Shown here piece after piece: positions 1 through 9,603 of a DNA stretch of 43,968 nucleotides. How positions within the stretch are numbered: position 1 is the first letter of the stretch; the number at the start of each line of letters is the position of its first letter. Made by a program: the position numbers and the translations under genes. This stretch comes from a virus (taxonomy: Duplodnaviria > Heunggongvirae > Uroviricota > Caudoviricetes), in the IMG/VR virus record IMGVR_UViG_3300045988_181214; one strand, 5' to 3'. The notes below the pieces were generated by a model. That model did no database searches and had not been told where the DNA came from. It saw only the letters and a program-made list of their open reading frames with translations.

Positions 1-43
1 TAACTTTTTGCTAGAAATATTTGGCGGTTATCGAAAAAAGTTG

Positions 44-51
44 TACCTTTG
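44..51 (+). promoter_or_regulatory. Bacteroidota-type -7 promoter element (TAccTTTG) for the tRNA
   Basis: gTACCTTTGCAC ~30 nt upstream of the tRNA 5' end; fits the TAnnTTTG -7 consensus. Confidence 0.45.
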
Positions 52-82
52 CACTCGCAATTCAGAAATGAGTTGATTATAT

Positions 83-158
83 CGCGGCGTGGAGCAGTTG
101 GTAGCTCGCCAGGCTCATAACCTGGAGGTCGCATGTTCGAGTCTTGCCGCCGCAACCA
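83..158 (+). tRNA. tRNA-Met (anticodon CAU), initiator (fMet) type
   Basis: Cloverleaf readable by eye: acceptor CGCGGCG/CGCCGCA with unpaired C1:A72, D arm GAGC-AGTTGGTA-GCTC, anticodon arm CCAGG-CTCATAA-CCTGG (CAT at 116-118), T loop TTCGAGT, encoded CCA. Confidence 0.85.
140..156 (+). repeat. attL core (direct repeat shared with attR)
   Basis: AGTCTTGCCGCCGCAAC, identical to 43408-43424; covers T-arm and acceptor 3' strand of the tRNA. Confidence 0.75.
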
Positions 159-160
159 AT

Positions 161-207
161 ATCGGGTAAGAAGTTGGAAACAACATTCTTATCCGATTTT
201 CCGTTTT
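161..207 (+). terminator. Rho-independent terminator downstream of tRNA (phage-supplied copy)
   Basis: 12-bp stem ATCGGGTAAGAA / TTCTTATCCGAT (one G-U pair), 13-nt loop, then TTTTCCGTTTT. Confidence 0.5.
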
Positions 208-274
208 GGGGAGGGACGGAAGCGAAATACTTTATTGTTGAATATCATTGGCTGGCAACGGACAATGAAAAAAA

Positions 275-1438
275 ATGACTGCAAAAGAAATTGATTTTTT
301 GAGCTCGCGTGAAATAGTAGGTTTCACGCTGCCTGTGTTGCATACCAAGGGCGGTTACTGGTATGTTGACTTTACTGCCTTTGACCCTGTTTCGGGTCGG
401 ATGAAGCGCAAGAAATATATGCTTAATAGGTACAAGACTGACCACAAGAAGCGTATGATGGGTACCTTGCTTATCCACAATATCACGGCAAAATTGACCG
501 CTGGATGGAATCCTTGGGTGAATGCCGACAAGTCGAGACAATTCACCGAAATACCAATTATCTTTAGTCGTTATCGTGATTATATTAAGTCGATGACCGA
601 CAAAAAGTCGATGAAGGAAAAGACCTCTATCGACTACCTCAGCCGCCTCAAGACTCTGGAGTCTTTCATCACTGAGTGCAAGAGTGTCAAATATGCCTAT
701 CAGATTGACCGTGCCTTCGCCATCGACTTCTTAGACCACCTGATGTATGACCGTGATGTGAGTGCTACCACAAGAAACAACTATCGCTCTTGGCTTGTCT
801 CCTTCGGCACTTGGCTTATGGATAGAAAATATATCAGCGAGAACCCTGCCATCGACATCAGAAACATCGCTCAGAAGGAGAAGTTCAGAGACCCTTTGAC
901 CGAGGGCGCGCTTAAGAAGCTGAAGACTTATCTCTATGATAACAACAGACATTTTCTCTTGGCTTGCCTCTTTGAATATTATACCTTTATCCGACCGAAT
1001 GAGTTGACGCAGATAAGAATCAAAGATGTGTCGATTGCTGACCAGACGGTCTTTATCAGTTCTGCCATCAGCAAGAACCGTAAGGACGGACTTGTGGCAT
1101 TGAACGATGAAATCTTGAAGCTCATGATAGAGCAGAAGATATTTGAGCATCCGGGACATTGTTTTATCTTTGGCAAGGGGTTGAAGCCTGGTGAGGAGCG
1201 AGCACCTTATAACCAACTGAGAGTAGAGTGGGGCAAGATGCGAGATGCTATTGGGTTTCCGAAGGAGTATCAGTTTTATAGCCTGAAGGACACTGGCATC
1301 AGGGATTTGGCGAACGCACAGGGTATCGTGGTCGCCAAGGATCAGGCACGCCACTCTGATATATCTGTGACGAATCGATATATCAAGAACCAGATGAAAG
1401 TGAACGAGGAGACCAAGCACTTCAAAGGTGGGCTTTAG
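275..1438 (+). CDS. int: Tyrosine recombinase / phage integrase
   Basis: 387-aa ORF next to tRNA-att site; C-terminal ARHSDISVTNRYI matches the box II H-x-x-R ... Y catalytic region of tyrosine recombinases. Confidence 0.85.
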   Translation: MTAKEIDFLSSREIVGFTLPVLHTKGGYWYVDFTAFDPVSGRMKRKKYMLNRYKTDHKKRMMGTLLIHNITAKLTAGWNPWVNADKSRQFTEIPIIFSRYRDYIKSMTDKKSMKEKTSIDYLSRLKTLESFITECKSVKYAYQIDRAFAIDFLDHLMYDRDVSATTRNNYRSWLVSFGTWLMDRKYISENPAIDIRNIAQKEKFRDPLTEGALKKLKTYLYDNNRHFLLACLFEYYTFIRPNELTQIRIKDVSIADQTVFISSAISKNRKDGLVALNDEILKLMIEQKIFEHPGHCFIFGKGLKPGEERAPYNQLRVEWGKMRDAIGFPKEYQFYSLKDTGIRDLANAQGIVVAKDQARHSDISVTNRYIKNQMKVNEETKHFKGGL

Positions 1439-1495
1439 TCTCCTCGATGAGGTGGTGTCGTGGCTTCGCTGGTTTGTGTTTGATGAGTAGCGAAG

Positions 1496-3394
1496 TTACG
1501 ACATCATATAAAAATATCCTGTATAGATAGGCTCAATCTGGTCATCCTTGACCTCCATCTCTATTTTTTCGCATACGAATTTTTTGTTGTGTATGATGTA
1601 TGTGTGAGATGGGTCAGGGATGGTATCAGATTGAAATTTTACCTGAAGGCAGTTTTTGTTGTCTATCTTGAGACCGCTGTCGTGGAGCTCACCCAAACAG
1701 GTTCCTGCTTGCCAAGCCTTGTTTAGGGATAGGGAAGCCATCAGAACGGTTGGAAACGTGCCAATATTGCCAGGATCGAGCAACTCCATCCTATACATGG
1801 AATTGATGCGGCTGTCAGTCATGAACTGCGGCCATCTGGACTTCTCCCCTACCCATGAGACGTTGCCATTGAGTGGGTGTTCGTATTTTTGAACTTTGCC
1901 AGGCACTATGAAAAACACATTCATGCACTCCTGGTCATCCTCGGAATCATCCAAGGTGGACTCATCATCGATGGCATCCTGTATGGAGACGTAGTTGTAG
2001 CCATCCTCGTCTGTGTCGCTCTCTTTGGCTTCGGCTTCTTTGTCGTTTGGCATAGACAGGAGGCAGCGCCATTCGCTGTGTTTACCCTCAAAAAGAAAAG
2101 ACCTAAAGCTAACATTTTCCACGACCTGTGCTGCTGGGGATATGTTGAGGTCTGTGTAATCATCGGAGGAGTTATCCCTTATCAGTGGCGACCAGACACC
2201 AGCCAACTGCCAGCTCTTGTTGCCGTCGGTATCCTCGACATATATATAATAATCGCTGCCCAGATGACGGATGATGGTGGTGCGCTTCTTCTTCTCGGAC
2301 CATCCACTGGTAGTGGCAGGAAACTGAAAGTTGGTACCAACGGCTGTCTCGAACGAATCGACTATATCGAAATTATCAAAAACTTTTTTGGGAATGACTT
2401 CGTAATCACCTCTGTTGGCTGAGTCGCCTAAGTTGTACTGCAGGTTGGCTGTCGATGAGGTTGAGAACGAACCATCGGCATCGTAGTCGGTGGTGTACTC
2501 GTCGAGTGTCTCTATCTCTACGGAGTCGGCGGATGATAGCTCTGAGGACTTGATGACCTGACAAGTCTTTTTGATGTCGTCGAAGTATATGGTGGCGTTG
2601 AAGAGCTTGCGGAACTCCTCGATGAAGGTGTAGCTAGTCCAATGAGGAAGGGCACGGCGAAGCTCTAGGGTCTTGAAGGCGGAGGCGATGTAGAGCAAGT
2701 TCCATGGAGAAACATCGAGGTCGTTGCGTGTGAGGGTGTAGCCCTCGTAGGCGATGACTCGCTTGAAGATGTACATCAGGTTGGGCTGCACGGCGACGTT
2801 GCTGATGTATGGATCTTTGCTGCCTATGAAATTGCCCGTGCGGTCAACGCCCACGAAATTGGCTATCATGTCGTTGGTCTCGTCTCTGACTGGCATGAAG
2901 CACCACTTGCCCTGCTCGCCCAGAAACTTGCTCTGGTCGGCGACGAGCCTATAGACGGATTGAACCTTGGGGATGTTTTTCCAGCCCTGTGAAAAACCTT
3001 TATCTACCGTATAGCCTGGTGCGGATGCCTTGCCGAAGTCTATCTCGTCGATGTAGTGCTTGGTCATCTTGTCGTTGAACTTGATGCGAGACTTGCCGCC
3101 CACTATCTGAAGCTTTATCTCAGAGTCGGTGACGCTGATGATGGTACCCACGCCAGAGAGTACCAGGCGACCGCTCACGTAAAGCTTGCAATCGTTGTAG
3201 GTCTGGGTGGATTTGGAGACATCGAAGCGGCTCACGTTGTGGAAAACTCGGCGGTTGGGCATTATTGCCATGGGGAAATTGATGTCGTAGGAGTATTCGC
3301 CATCGTCGGTGACGTATTGGTTGGCGTATGTGAGCTTGATGGATTGGCTGGCAGCCGGATAGGCTGCCATGCCATTGATGATGCATGTTATCAT
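1496..3394 (-). CDS. Phage tail protein immediately downstream of TMP (distal tail/tip protein candidate)
   Basis: 632-aa ORF, ATG start, 33 nt after TMP stop; position typical of distal tail or tail-tip proteins; acidic segment near C-terminus. Confidence 0.5.
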   Translation of the reverse strand: MITCIINGMAAYPAASQSIKLTYANQYVTDDGEYSYDINFPMAIMPNRRVFHNVSRFDVSKSTQTYNDCKLYVSGRLVLSGVGTIISVTDSEIKLQIVGGKSRIKFNDKMTKHYIDEIDFGKASAPGYTVDKGFSQGWKNIPKVQSVYRLVADQSKFLGEQGKWCFMPVRDETNDMIANFVGVDRTGNFIGSKDPYISNVAVQPNLMYIFKRVIAYEGYTLTRNDLDVSPWNLLYIASAFKTLELRRALPHWTSYTFIEEFRKLFNATIYFDDIKKTCQVIKSSELSSADSVEIETLDEYTTDYDADGSFSTSSTANLQYNLGDSANRGDYEVIPKKVFDNFDIVDSFETAVGTNFQFPATTSGWSEKKKRTTIIRHLGSDYYIYVEDTDGNKSWQLAGVWSPLIRDNSSDDYTDLNISPAAQVVENVSFRSFLFEGKHSEWRCLLSMPNDKEAEAKESDTDEDGYNYVSIQDAIDDESTLDDSEDDQECMNVFFIVPGKVQKYEHPLNGNVSWVGEKSRWPQFMTDSRINSMYRMELLDPGNIGTFPTVLMASLSLNKAWQAGTCLGELHDSGLKIDNKNCLQVKFQSDTIPDPSHTYIIHNKKFVCEKIEMEVKDDQIEPIYTGYFYMMS

Positions 3395-3427
3395 AAACTT
3401 ATCATAAATGAGGTTTGATGAAAACCG

Positions 3428-6400
3428 TTATTTGTTTGACTTCATTTTTTGATATTGGCTCCATTGGCGGTCGAAGCCATCGGGGCCGGTGATGACCACG
3501 TATGACTTGATGCCAGCGTTGAGCTGCTCGTTGAGTCTGTCGATGGTGGTATGCACGCTATCGAGGGATGCGCCCATCTGCTCGGTGTCGCCACCTGAGA
3601 CGTTGACCACTGGGGCGACCACGGCTGCGCTGCCTGTGCCCATGGCACGGCTCACGTCTTGGGCGGTGAGCGAGGCGACCGTGTTGTTGCGCTGCGCCAT
3701 ATCGATGAGCTGCAGGGCAGGGAGGAGCTGAGGATTGTTGACGGCGTTGTGGTTGGCGACGAACTCGCCAGCGTGAACCACGCCAGCCTCTTTCTTGTAA
3801 TTGCCAGGACCAGTGAAACCACCCTCGTAATAGCCAGCCGCCTCTGCCTGGTGCTGCTTTTTGATTGTTGCTATCTGGAGCATGCCCGCTGCGGTGGCGA
3901 GACCTGCGGCGATAGGACCAAGGATGTGACCCACCACTGGGATGGCTGCGGCTGATGAGTAGGCGTTGATGGCAGCCATGGCGGTTGAAGCTATGGCTTG
4001 TGCGATCTCTATCTTCATCGCCTTTTTGTTGGCCTTGCTCTTGGCTGCAGCCACCTCTTTGTCTCGCTTCGCCTCGAGACGCTTTTTCTTGGCTGAGTTG
4101 TTGCCAGCGGCAGAAATCTGCTTATCGTAGTTTTTCTCAATCTTGGCGACCTCTAGGTCTGAGCATGCCTGGGAGTAGGCGGAGGCAGCGCCCATCATCG
4201 TGTTGATGCTGCTGAAGGCAGCGCCAGCGATGGAGGCTATCTCTTGATAGGTCTCTTTGTTCATCTGCTTTTTGGCATCCTGGTATTGCTGCTCGCTGAT
4301 TTTATCCTCGTCTCGAAGATTTTTGAGGTTATCGTTGACCATCTTTTGCTGTTGGATGGCTGCGATGGCACCACCAGCGATTGTGGCGAGGTTGTCGCTG
4401 CCCATGGCATTGTTGCTGTCACCATTGCCCTTGGTCATCTTTTTGGCGGTGTCGAGGGCGGTGTTGGCATCCTCCTTGCGCTGCTCATCGGCGGTTGGCT
4501 TGTATGAGGCGTATTTGTTGGCGATGCCCATCTTTGTGCGCTGGTATTCCTCCTCTCTGATGAGACCTGCCTTGTAGATGGCTTCGAGTCCCTGCAGATC
4601 TAGCTGCATCTGCTCTTCGTTGCCGAGCTTGCCGTATTCTTGGCGCAGCTGAAGGAGTTGCTCGTCGTGCTGCTTCTGAAGGTCGTATTTGCGTTGCTGT
4701 TGGGTCAGCTCTCGCTCTTTCTCGATCTGGGCATACTCGTCAGATGAGGAGAGGTAGAGGGCTTGCTTTTTGTTGAGATAGTCCTGGTATGAGAGGAAGA
4801 GAGCCTCGTTGACGGCATCCTCATTGTGATAGAGGTTGGAGTCTTTGTTGTAGTAATCGGCATTGAGCTTCATTTCTTTTTTCTGTCGCTCGGTCTCCAG
4901 GGCTTCGAGGTCGGCGGTCTGCTTTTTCTCGTAGTCGGCGGCGATATTCTCTTTCTCAGCGTTCAATCGCTTGAACTCTTCGCTCTCTGCCTCGCCATAC
5001 TTTTTGAGGATGTCGAGGCGAGCCTGAAGCCCCTGTTCTTTGATATTCTTCATCTTCTCGTTGTATTCGGCGAGTCGAATCTGACCTGTAGCGTAGAGGG
5101 TCTTGGCATCGAGCTCTTCGGCTTGGTTGGCTTTCTTTGCATCGTCTAGCTCTTTTTTCATGTCAGCCTTGCGCTTAGCCTCTGCCTTGCGAGCGGCAGC
5201 CTCACGTTTCTTTTTCTCCTTTTCGGCAGCTTTGCGCTCTTTCTCGGTCATGGTATGACCAGAGGAAGGGGTGGTGTGTGTCTCTGTAGTTGCGCTATTG
5301 TTTAGTAAATTCTTCTTTACAGTCTTGTTGTACTGTTTCTGCAAATTTACGTTTTTCTCTAATTGCTGATTATAGAAATTCTCTTCAGCATTGACTTGCT
5401 TTTGCAGGCTTAGGTTTGCCTGTAGTCTTTGCGTATGAACTTGCTTTTGCTTCTCGTTACTCTTCAGTGCCTCGTTTTGTTCGATGAGCTGACCTGTCCA
5501 TCCATCAGCCACGGCATTGCTCTCATATTGCTTAGGATGAGCCTTGCGCTCAGCATCGACAGCCTTCAGCGAATATCGTATGCGGCTTTCTTTTTGTTTG
5601 AGTTCCAGTTTCTTTTTATTGATTTCCACCTTGCGCTCATAGATGGCTTCTGCCATGGCAGCATTTTCTAGCTCCTTGATGTAGTTTTGGATGGCAATCT
5701 GGTTGTCGTTATACAACTTGCCCTCTTTGGAGATAGAGGCGTGATATTCTGGGACGAGCTTTATCATATTTGCGATAGCTTGCTTTCGCTCGTCAACGGT
5801 ATAGGCATTGGAGTGGATAACCTTGTTGAGCATATCGACCTTGTTGCGCTCATCGAGGGTAGCATCAGACACCTTTTTGGCGAGGCTGGCTTGAGCCTCT
5901 GCCACTGCTCTGTTGTTTTTAGCCTCTTGCGTGTTGTTGCGCATCGCCTCGTTGTAAGATGTTATGGCTTTGTATGCCCCATAGGCAGCCACGCCCACCA
6001 CGGTGATGACTGTGGCGAGGGCAGCCCATGGATTGGTGAGACTTGCTAGGCGTGCTGCCCTCATCACCACGATGTAGCCCTGTATGCCTTTTGTGAGATA
6101 AGCCCATGTGGCTTGCAGTGCCACTAAGGCAGCACGCAAGAGTGTAGATGTAGCGGTATAAGCTTTATCGACAGCTGAAGCGTATTGTACGGCGGCTGTT
6201 TTAATCTTAATGGCGATGGTCTCCTTGTACCAGAGAGCAGTACAAACAGCGATGGCTGTTGACAGCACGGCTATTTGTTTTGCATAGGTGACGGTGAAGG
6301 TGATGAGCGTGGACATGACCTTTATGGTCAGACTGAATGATGTGATGCCATATTTCATGGCAGGGATGAGTTTTTCTCCGAGTTCGATGGTGAGGTCTTG

Positions 6401-7774
6401 GAATCGCTTCTTGGCTTTGTCTAGTTCTGCCTGTACCGTTGTATTCTGGGTATTGAACTCATTGATGACACTGGTACCGTCGGCATACGACTTGGTGGCG
6501 ATGTCTTGCGCCTCTTTCACTTGGTCGAGGTGTGTAGCCACGGCGGAGAGAACGCCCACGGCACGGGTGCCGTTAAGCTGCATCTCCTCAAACATCGGTG
6601 CCATCTCGGCGAAACCTCCCTTTGACTTCATCGCTTGCATGAACTTCATCAAGCCCTCATTGGCGTTGGTCTTCATCAGGTTGGAGAACTCCTTGACCTG
6701 CATGCCCGCTATCTTGGCGAACTTGGCTGGCTCTTGGTACATCTTGGTGATGAGCTGTGAGAAGACGGTGGCGGAAGTCGCCTCCTCTTGCATGTTTTGG
6801 TCGAGGGCAGAGGCGAGACCCATCAGCTGTGCCTGGGTCATGCCGGCCTGGATGCCGACACCTGAGAGGTCGGCGGTGAAATCGACGATGTAGCCAGCGT
6901 TTGCAGATGAGCTTTGTGCCAGCTCATTGACGGCGGAACCTGTGGCGAGCATCGCACCACGAAGGCCTTTGGTCTTATCCTCACCAAACATCTGGGCGAG
7001 CTTGCCGATTTTATCGACCGCCCCCTTGCCGAGGTCATCGCCGAGGGTGACATTGATTTTGTCGGCACCATCAACGAACTCCTCGATCATCTCTTTGCTG
7101 GTGATGCCGAGGCGACCGGCAGAGCCAGCCAGCTCGTTGAGCTGCTCACGAGCTGTGCGGGTATCCATGCGCTTGAAGTCCTCGTTCATCTGATGAACCT
7201 GTTCGTCGGTCTGACCGGTGTATTTGCGCACGTCTGCCATCGACTCCTCCATGTCGGCATAGGCTTGGGCTGCAGCTCTCAAAGTAAGAGTGAGTGTGGT
7301 GAGACTGCCCAGTATCTGGGTGAAGGCACCCCAGTTTTTGTTAAGACCATCCCACATTCTAGAGAACAAACTTCTGGAAGCTTTACCTTCGTCGTTGATG
7401 TGCTGCATCTCTGCTCGCACTTGCTTTAATTGCTTTTGCAGTTTTTTCCATTCGTCTGAGTTGCGCTTGATGGCACCGCTTTTCAACTCTCTGTTGAGAG
7501 CCTTGGCGACTAGTTGCAGCTCCTTGTATGATGCAGAAGAAAGATTGTTGAGAACTTGGTTAACCTTCTCTTGGCTAGTCATGTATGCTTTTGTCTCAGC
7601 CTTTAATCTCTTTATCTGTCGTTCGAGGGCTGTTGTTGACTCGCCCTTTGCATAAGCCTCGTCTCTGGCTTTTTGCACTTCTTTCAGCTTGTTTTGCAAT
7701 TCGTTGAGTTTATCCTTAGCCTCTTTGGTGTCAAGAATAACTCTGCTAACATGGGTATCTGTATTTGTTGCCAT
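3428..7774 (-). CDS. Tail tape measure protein
   Basis: 1448-aa ORF; long Lys/Glu/Gln-rich coiled-coil N-terminal half, central hydrophobic helical block, Ala/Gly-rich C-terminal region. Confidence 0.8.
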   Translation of the reverse strand: MATNTDTHVSRVILDTKEAKDKLNELQNKLKEVQKARDEAYAKGESTTALERQIKRLKAETKAYMTSQEKVNQVLNNLSSASYKELQLVAKALNRELKSGAIKRNSDEWKKLQKQLKQVRAEMQHINDEGKASRSLFSRMWDGLNKNWGAFTQILGSLTTLTLTLRAAAQAYADMEESMADVRKYTGQTDEQVHQMNEDFKRMDTRTAREQLNELAGSAGRLGITSKEMIEEFVDGADKINVTLGDDLGKGAVDKIGKLAQMFGEDKTKGLRGAMLATGSAVNELAQSSSANAGYIVDFTADLSGVGIQAGMTQAQLMGLASALDQNMQEEATSATVFSQLITKMYQEPAKFAKIAGMQVKEFSNLMKTNANEGLMKFMQAMKSKGGFAEMAPMFEEMQLNGTRAVGVLSAVATHLDQVKEAQDIATKSYADGTSVINEFNTQNTTVQAELDKAKKRFQDLTIELGEKLIPAMKYGITSFSLTIKVMSTLITFTVTYAKQIAVLSTAIAVCTALWYKETIAIKIKTAAVQYASAVDKAYTATSTLLRAALVALQATWAYLTKGIQGYIVVMRAARLASLTNPWAALATVITVVGVAAYGAYKAITSYNEAMRNNTQEAKNNRAVAEAQASLAKKVSDATLDERNKVDMLNKVIHSNAYTVDERKQAIANMIKLVPEYHASISKEGKLYNDNQIAIQNYIKELENAAMAEAIYERKVEINKKKLELKQKESRIRYSLKAVDAERKAHPKQYESNAVADGWTGQLIEQNEALKSNEKQKQVHTQRLQANLSLQKQVNAEENFYNQQLEKNVNLQKQYNKTVKKNLLNNSATTETHTTPSSGHTMTEKERKAAEKEKKKREAAARKAEAKRKADMKKELDDAKKANQAEELDAKTLYATGQIRLAEYNEKMKNIKEQGLQARLDILKKYGEAESEEFKRLNAEKENIAADYEKKQTADLEALETERQKKEMKLNADYYNKDSNLYHNEDAVNEALFLSYQDYLNKKQALYLSSSDEYAQIEKERELTQQQRKYDLQKQHDEQLLQLRQEYGKLGNEEQMQLDLQGLEAIYKAGLIREEEYQRTKMGIANKYASYKPTADEQRKEDANTALDTAKKMTKGNGDSNNAMGSDNLATIAGGAIAAIQQQKMVNDNLKNLRDEDKISEQQYQDAKKQMNKETYQEIASIAGAAFSSINTMMGAASAYSQACSDLEVAKIEKNYDKQISAAGNNSAKKKRLEAKRDKEVAAAKSKANKKAMKIEIAQAIASTAMAAINAYSSAAAIPVVGHILGPIAAGLATAAGMLQIATIKKQHQAEAAGYYEGGFTGPGNYKKEAGVVHAGEFVANHNAVNNPQLLPALQLIDMAQRNNTVASLTAQDVSRAMGTGSAAVVAPVVNVSGGDTEQMGASLDSVHTTIDRLNEQLNAGIKSYVVITGPDGFDRQWSQYQKMKSNK

Positions 7775-7796
7775 AATTGAATATTTTATTTTATGG

Positions 7797-7804
7797 CAAA
7801 GGTA
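7797..7804 (-). promoter_or_regulatory. -7 promoter element (TAccTTTG) for the TMP operon
   Basis: Minus-strand TTACCTTTGCC 23 nt upstream of TMP ATG, just after a terminator hairpin. Confidence 0.45.
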
Positions 7805-7808
7805 ATAA

Positions 7809-7850
7809 GGAGGAAAACATAATAAAAATACGAGACCGTATGTATTGCGG
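7809..7850 (-). terminator. Intrinsic terminator hairpin (13-bp stem) with T-tract
   Basis: AAATACGAGACCG / CGGTCTCGTATTT inverted repeat; on the minus strand followed by TTTTTATTAT; the 20-mer ATAATAAAAATACGAGACCG is repeated at 10321-10340. Confidence 0.55.
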
Positions 7851-7858
7851 TCTCGTAT

Positions 7859-8200
7859 TTACTTGGTTATCTCTTGCTCTTTTTTAAAGAACTCGTATGC
7901 AAGATTGTTTGCATCCCAAACAAGATATTTCTTGTTGGTGTTTCTGAGTGTCTGTTTATCACCTGTTATGGAGTTTGCTATCGTGACGCAGAAGAATCTG
8001 CCTCGCTTTACGATTTCGGTTGCCGTATTGTTTGGCGATGCCAGTCTTATAGGCTCGTCAAAATTCTCATCAAAAGTATCAAACAATGGTTCGGAAGCCA
8101 CTGTGGCTGGGCAAGAACTATTGCCAAGCTTGTCGAGACCTTTGAGGAGTGCAACTGTTATAATCGCTAGTATCCAGCATCCAAATATAGTCGTAATCAT
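7859..8200 (-). CDS. Small membrane/secreted protein (hypothetical)
   Basis: 113-aa ORF from first ATG (track ORF 7859-8398 begins at an alternative start); N-terminal hydrophobic helix MITTIFGCWILAIITVALL; promoter motif 30 nt upstream. Confidence 0.5.
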   Translation of the reverse strand: MITTIFGCWILAIITVALLKGLDKLGNSSCPATVASEPLFDTFDENFDEPIRLASPNNTATEIVKRGRFFCVTIANSITGDKQTLRNTNKKYLVWDANNLAYEFFKKEQEITK

Positions 8201-8229
8201 AATTTGTAAGTTTATTATTATCTTTGTTG

Positions 8230-8237
8230 CAAATTTA
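8230..8237 (-). promoter_or_regulatory. -7 promoter element (TAaaTTTG)
   Basis: Minus-strand TAAATTTGCAAC ~30 nt upstream of ATG at 8200. Confidence 0.35.
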
Positions 8238-8422
8238 ATAATAATATTTGGAATATGCAAGTATTTTGTGTTAAATCTTTGATTTGTTTTGCGGTATGGT
8301 GGAAAAATATTATATTTGCAGTGGCAATTTAATTTTAGAAAGTATGAATAAAGATTTTGCTTTAATATTGGTAAACATAATATGCGCCTTAACGGCATTT
8401 GTTTGTATGATAATCACTATTG

Positions 8423-8779
8423 TTATTTCATTAGTGAGATTATAATAGTAATACACATAGATGCGATTGTAATAATCGTGCAAATGATATTGATATATTC
8501 TTTGTATTCTTTCAGAAGTGTCAGTCTCTCCTGTCTTCTCTTCTGTTTGTTATAGCCTTTCTTGGCAGCATTCTCCCCTTGTGGTGTCAGCTTATAATAA
8601 GCTTCTCCCCACTCATAAACAAGTCCCTCGTCTTGAAGTGATTGTAGAACATCGTATGGCTCAATGTCATATCCATACGTATCATTTATAGCACTGTGTA
8701 CATCGTCTTTGTTAGGACTACCTTCTAAGAACTGGCTTAAAATGAAATCTGCGATTTCTATTTGCTTTTTAGTCATCAT
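8423..8779 (-). CDS. Hypothetical protein with C-terminal transmembrane anchor
   Basis: 118 aa from tandem ATGs (track ORF starts at GTG 8863); C-terminal INIICTIITIASMCITIIISL hydrophobic helix. Confidence 0.5.
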   Translation of the reverse strand: MMTKKQIEIADFILSQFLEGSPNKDDVHSAINDTYGYDIEPYDVLQSLQDEGLVYEWGEAYYKLTPQGENAAKKGYNKQKRRQERLTLLKEYKEYINIICTIITIASMCITIIISLMK

Positions 8780-8793
8780 AATCAAATAAAAAC

Positions 8794-8831
8794 GGCTCGT
8801 GCATCGGGAGGGCAGTCCTTCAGCACGAGCC
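8794..8831 (-). terminator. Leader hairpin plus U-tract between promoter and start codon (terminator/attenuator-like)
   Basis: 9-bp stem GGCTCGTGC / GCACGAGCC, 20-nt loop; on the minus strand followed by GTTTTTATTTG just before ATGATG. Confidence 0.35.
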
Positions 8832-8914
8832 ATTAACAGCTGTATATCTTTATGTCTTGCCACTCATGAGACCTGCCCGAATCATGTTTGACATCATTGT
8901 CTTTAAATATGGTG

Positions 8915-8922
8915 CAAAGATA
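8915..8922 (-). promoter_or_regulatory. -7 promoter element (TAtcTTTG)
   Basis: Minus-strand TATCTTTGCACC between the spanin-like gene and the 8423-8779 gene. Confidence 0.4.
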
Positions 8923-8962
8923 GCGCTTTTATCTGAATGCACCAAATGATTTTACGAAAACT

Positions 8963-9574
8963 TTATTTCACCACCTCTATGTATCTCGAGTAATCAATCT
9001 TGGAGTGGGGATTGTGGCTGACTATCTGCACCTGATAGCCCTTGGTGCCCCATCGCCACCAGAGGAACTTGTGGCGGTAGGTGCGGCTCACGATGGTCGT
9101 CAGGCTGTCTCGAGACGAGTACTGGCACTCTCGCTTGGGGATGTCGATATGGAGGGAGAGCCATTGGTCTCGGTAGGTGTAGATGGAATCGGGGATGCCG
9201 GAACCAGCCACGGCGGCGGTCGGTTCGGGCGTGAGATAGACCGTATCGGCGGTGGTTGACGAAACTGTGTGGATAGACTGCACATCTTTGAGCCGCACTT
9301 TGAGGTCTTTGATGAGCTTGGTATCGGCGAGGTGGAGCTTTTGCAGCTCGTCGTATTTCGACTGAAGGGCGTTGAATATGGCGACATTGAGAGTGTCTCT
9401 CACGTTGGCATATTCAATGTCGTAGTTGAGGTTGGCTACGTTGTAGCTCTGTCGGTCGAGGTCTGCCTGAAGCTGCTCGCACTTGTTGGCGGAGTGTATG
9501 AATGCGACTGCGGTCACGATGAGCAGGGCTGCCAGAAGCTGGATGATAATCTTGGGTGTAATCTTTTTTGTCAT
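8963..9574 (-). CDS. Membrane-anchored coiled-coil protein, possible lysis accessory (spanin-like)
   Basis: 203 aa from ATG; N-terminal signal-anchor KIIIQLLAALLIVTAVAFI then coiled-coil; directly downstream of the endolysin. Confidence 0.4.
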   Translation of the reverse strand: MTKKITPKIIIQLLAALLIVTAVAFIHSANKCEQLQADLDRQSYNVANLNYDIEYANVRDTLNVAIFNALQSKYDELQKLHLADTKLIKDLKVRLKDVQSIHTVSSTTADTVYLTPEPTAAVAGSGIPDSIYTYRDQWLSLHIDIPKRECQYSSRDSLTTIVSRTYRHKFLWWRWGTKGYQVQIVSHNPHSKIDYSRYIEVVK

Positions 9575-9603
9575 TGTCTTTTTGAAAATGATTGGTGAGT
9601 GAG

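Noticed and set aside
1464-1495. Weak inverted repeat CTTCGCT ... AGCGAAG between the convergent integrase and tail genes
   Set aside because: 7-bp stem with an 18-nt loop and no U-tract; too weak to call a terminator.
3489-7655. Multiple plus-strand ORFs (80-201 aa) inside the tape measure gene, and similar antisense ORFs inside other large minus-strand genes (e.g. 24818-25651, 31433-32161, 40501-41076)
   Set aside because: Shadow ORFs on the opposite strand of GC-rich coding sequence; low-complexity translations and fully nested in well-supported genes.
7845-8398. Long forms of ORFs in the AT-rich region after the TMP promoter (179-aa minus ORF from an alternative start; 145-aa plus ORF)
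   Set aside because: Only the 3' 113-codon portion from the first ATG, with a promoter element upstream, looks real; the plus-strand ORF is antisense to it.
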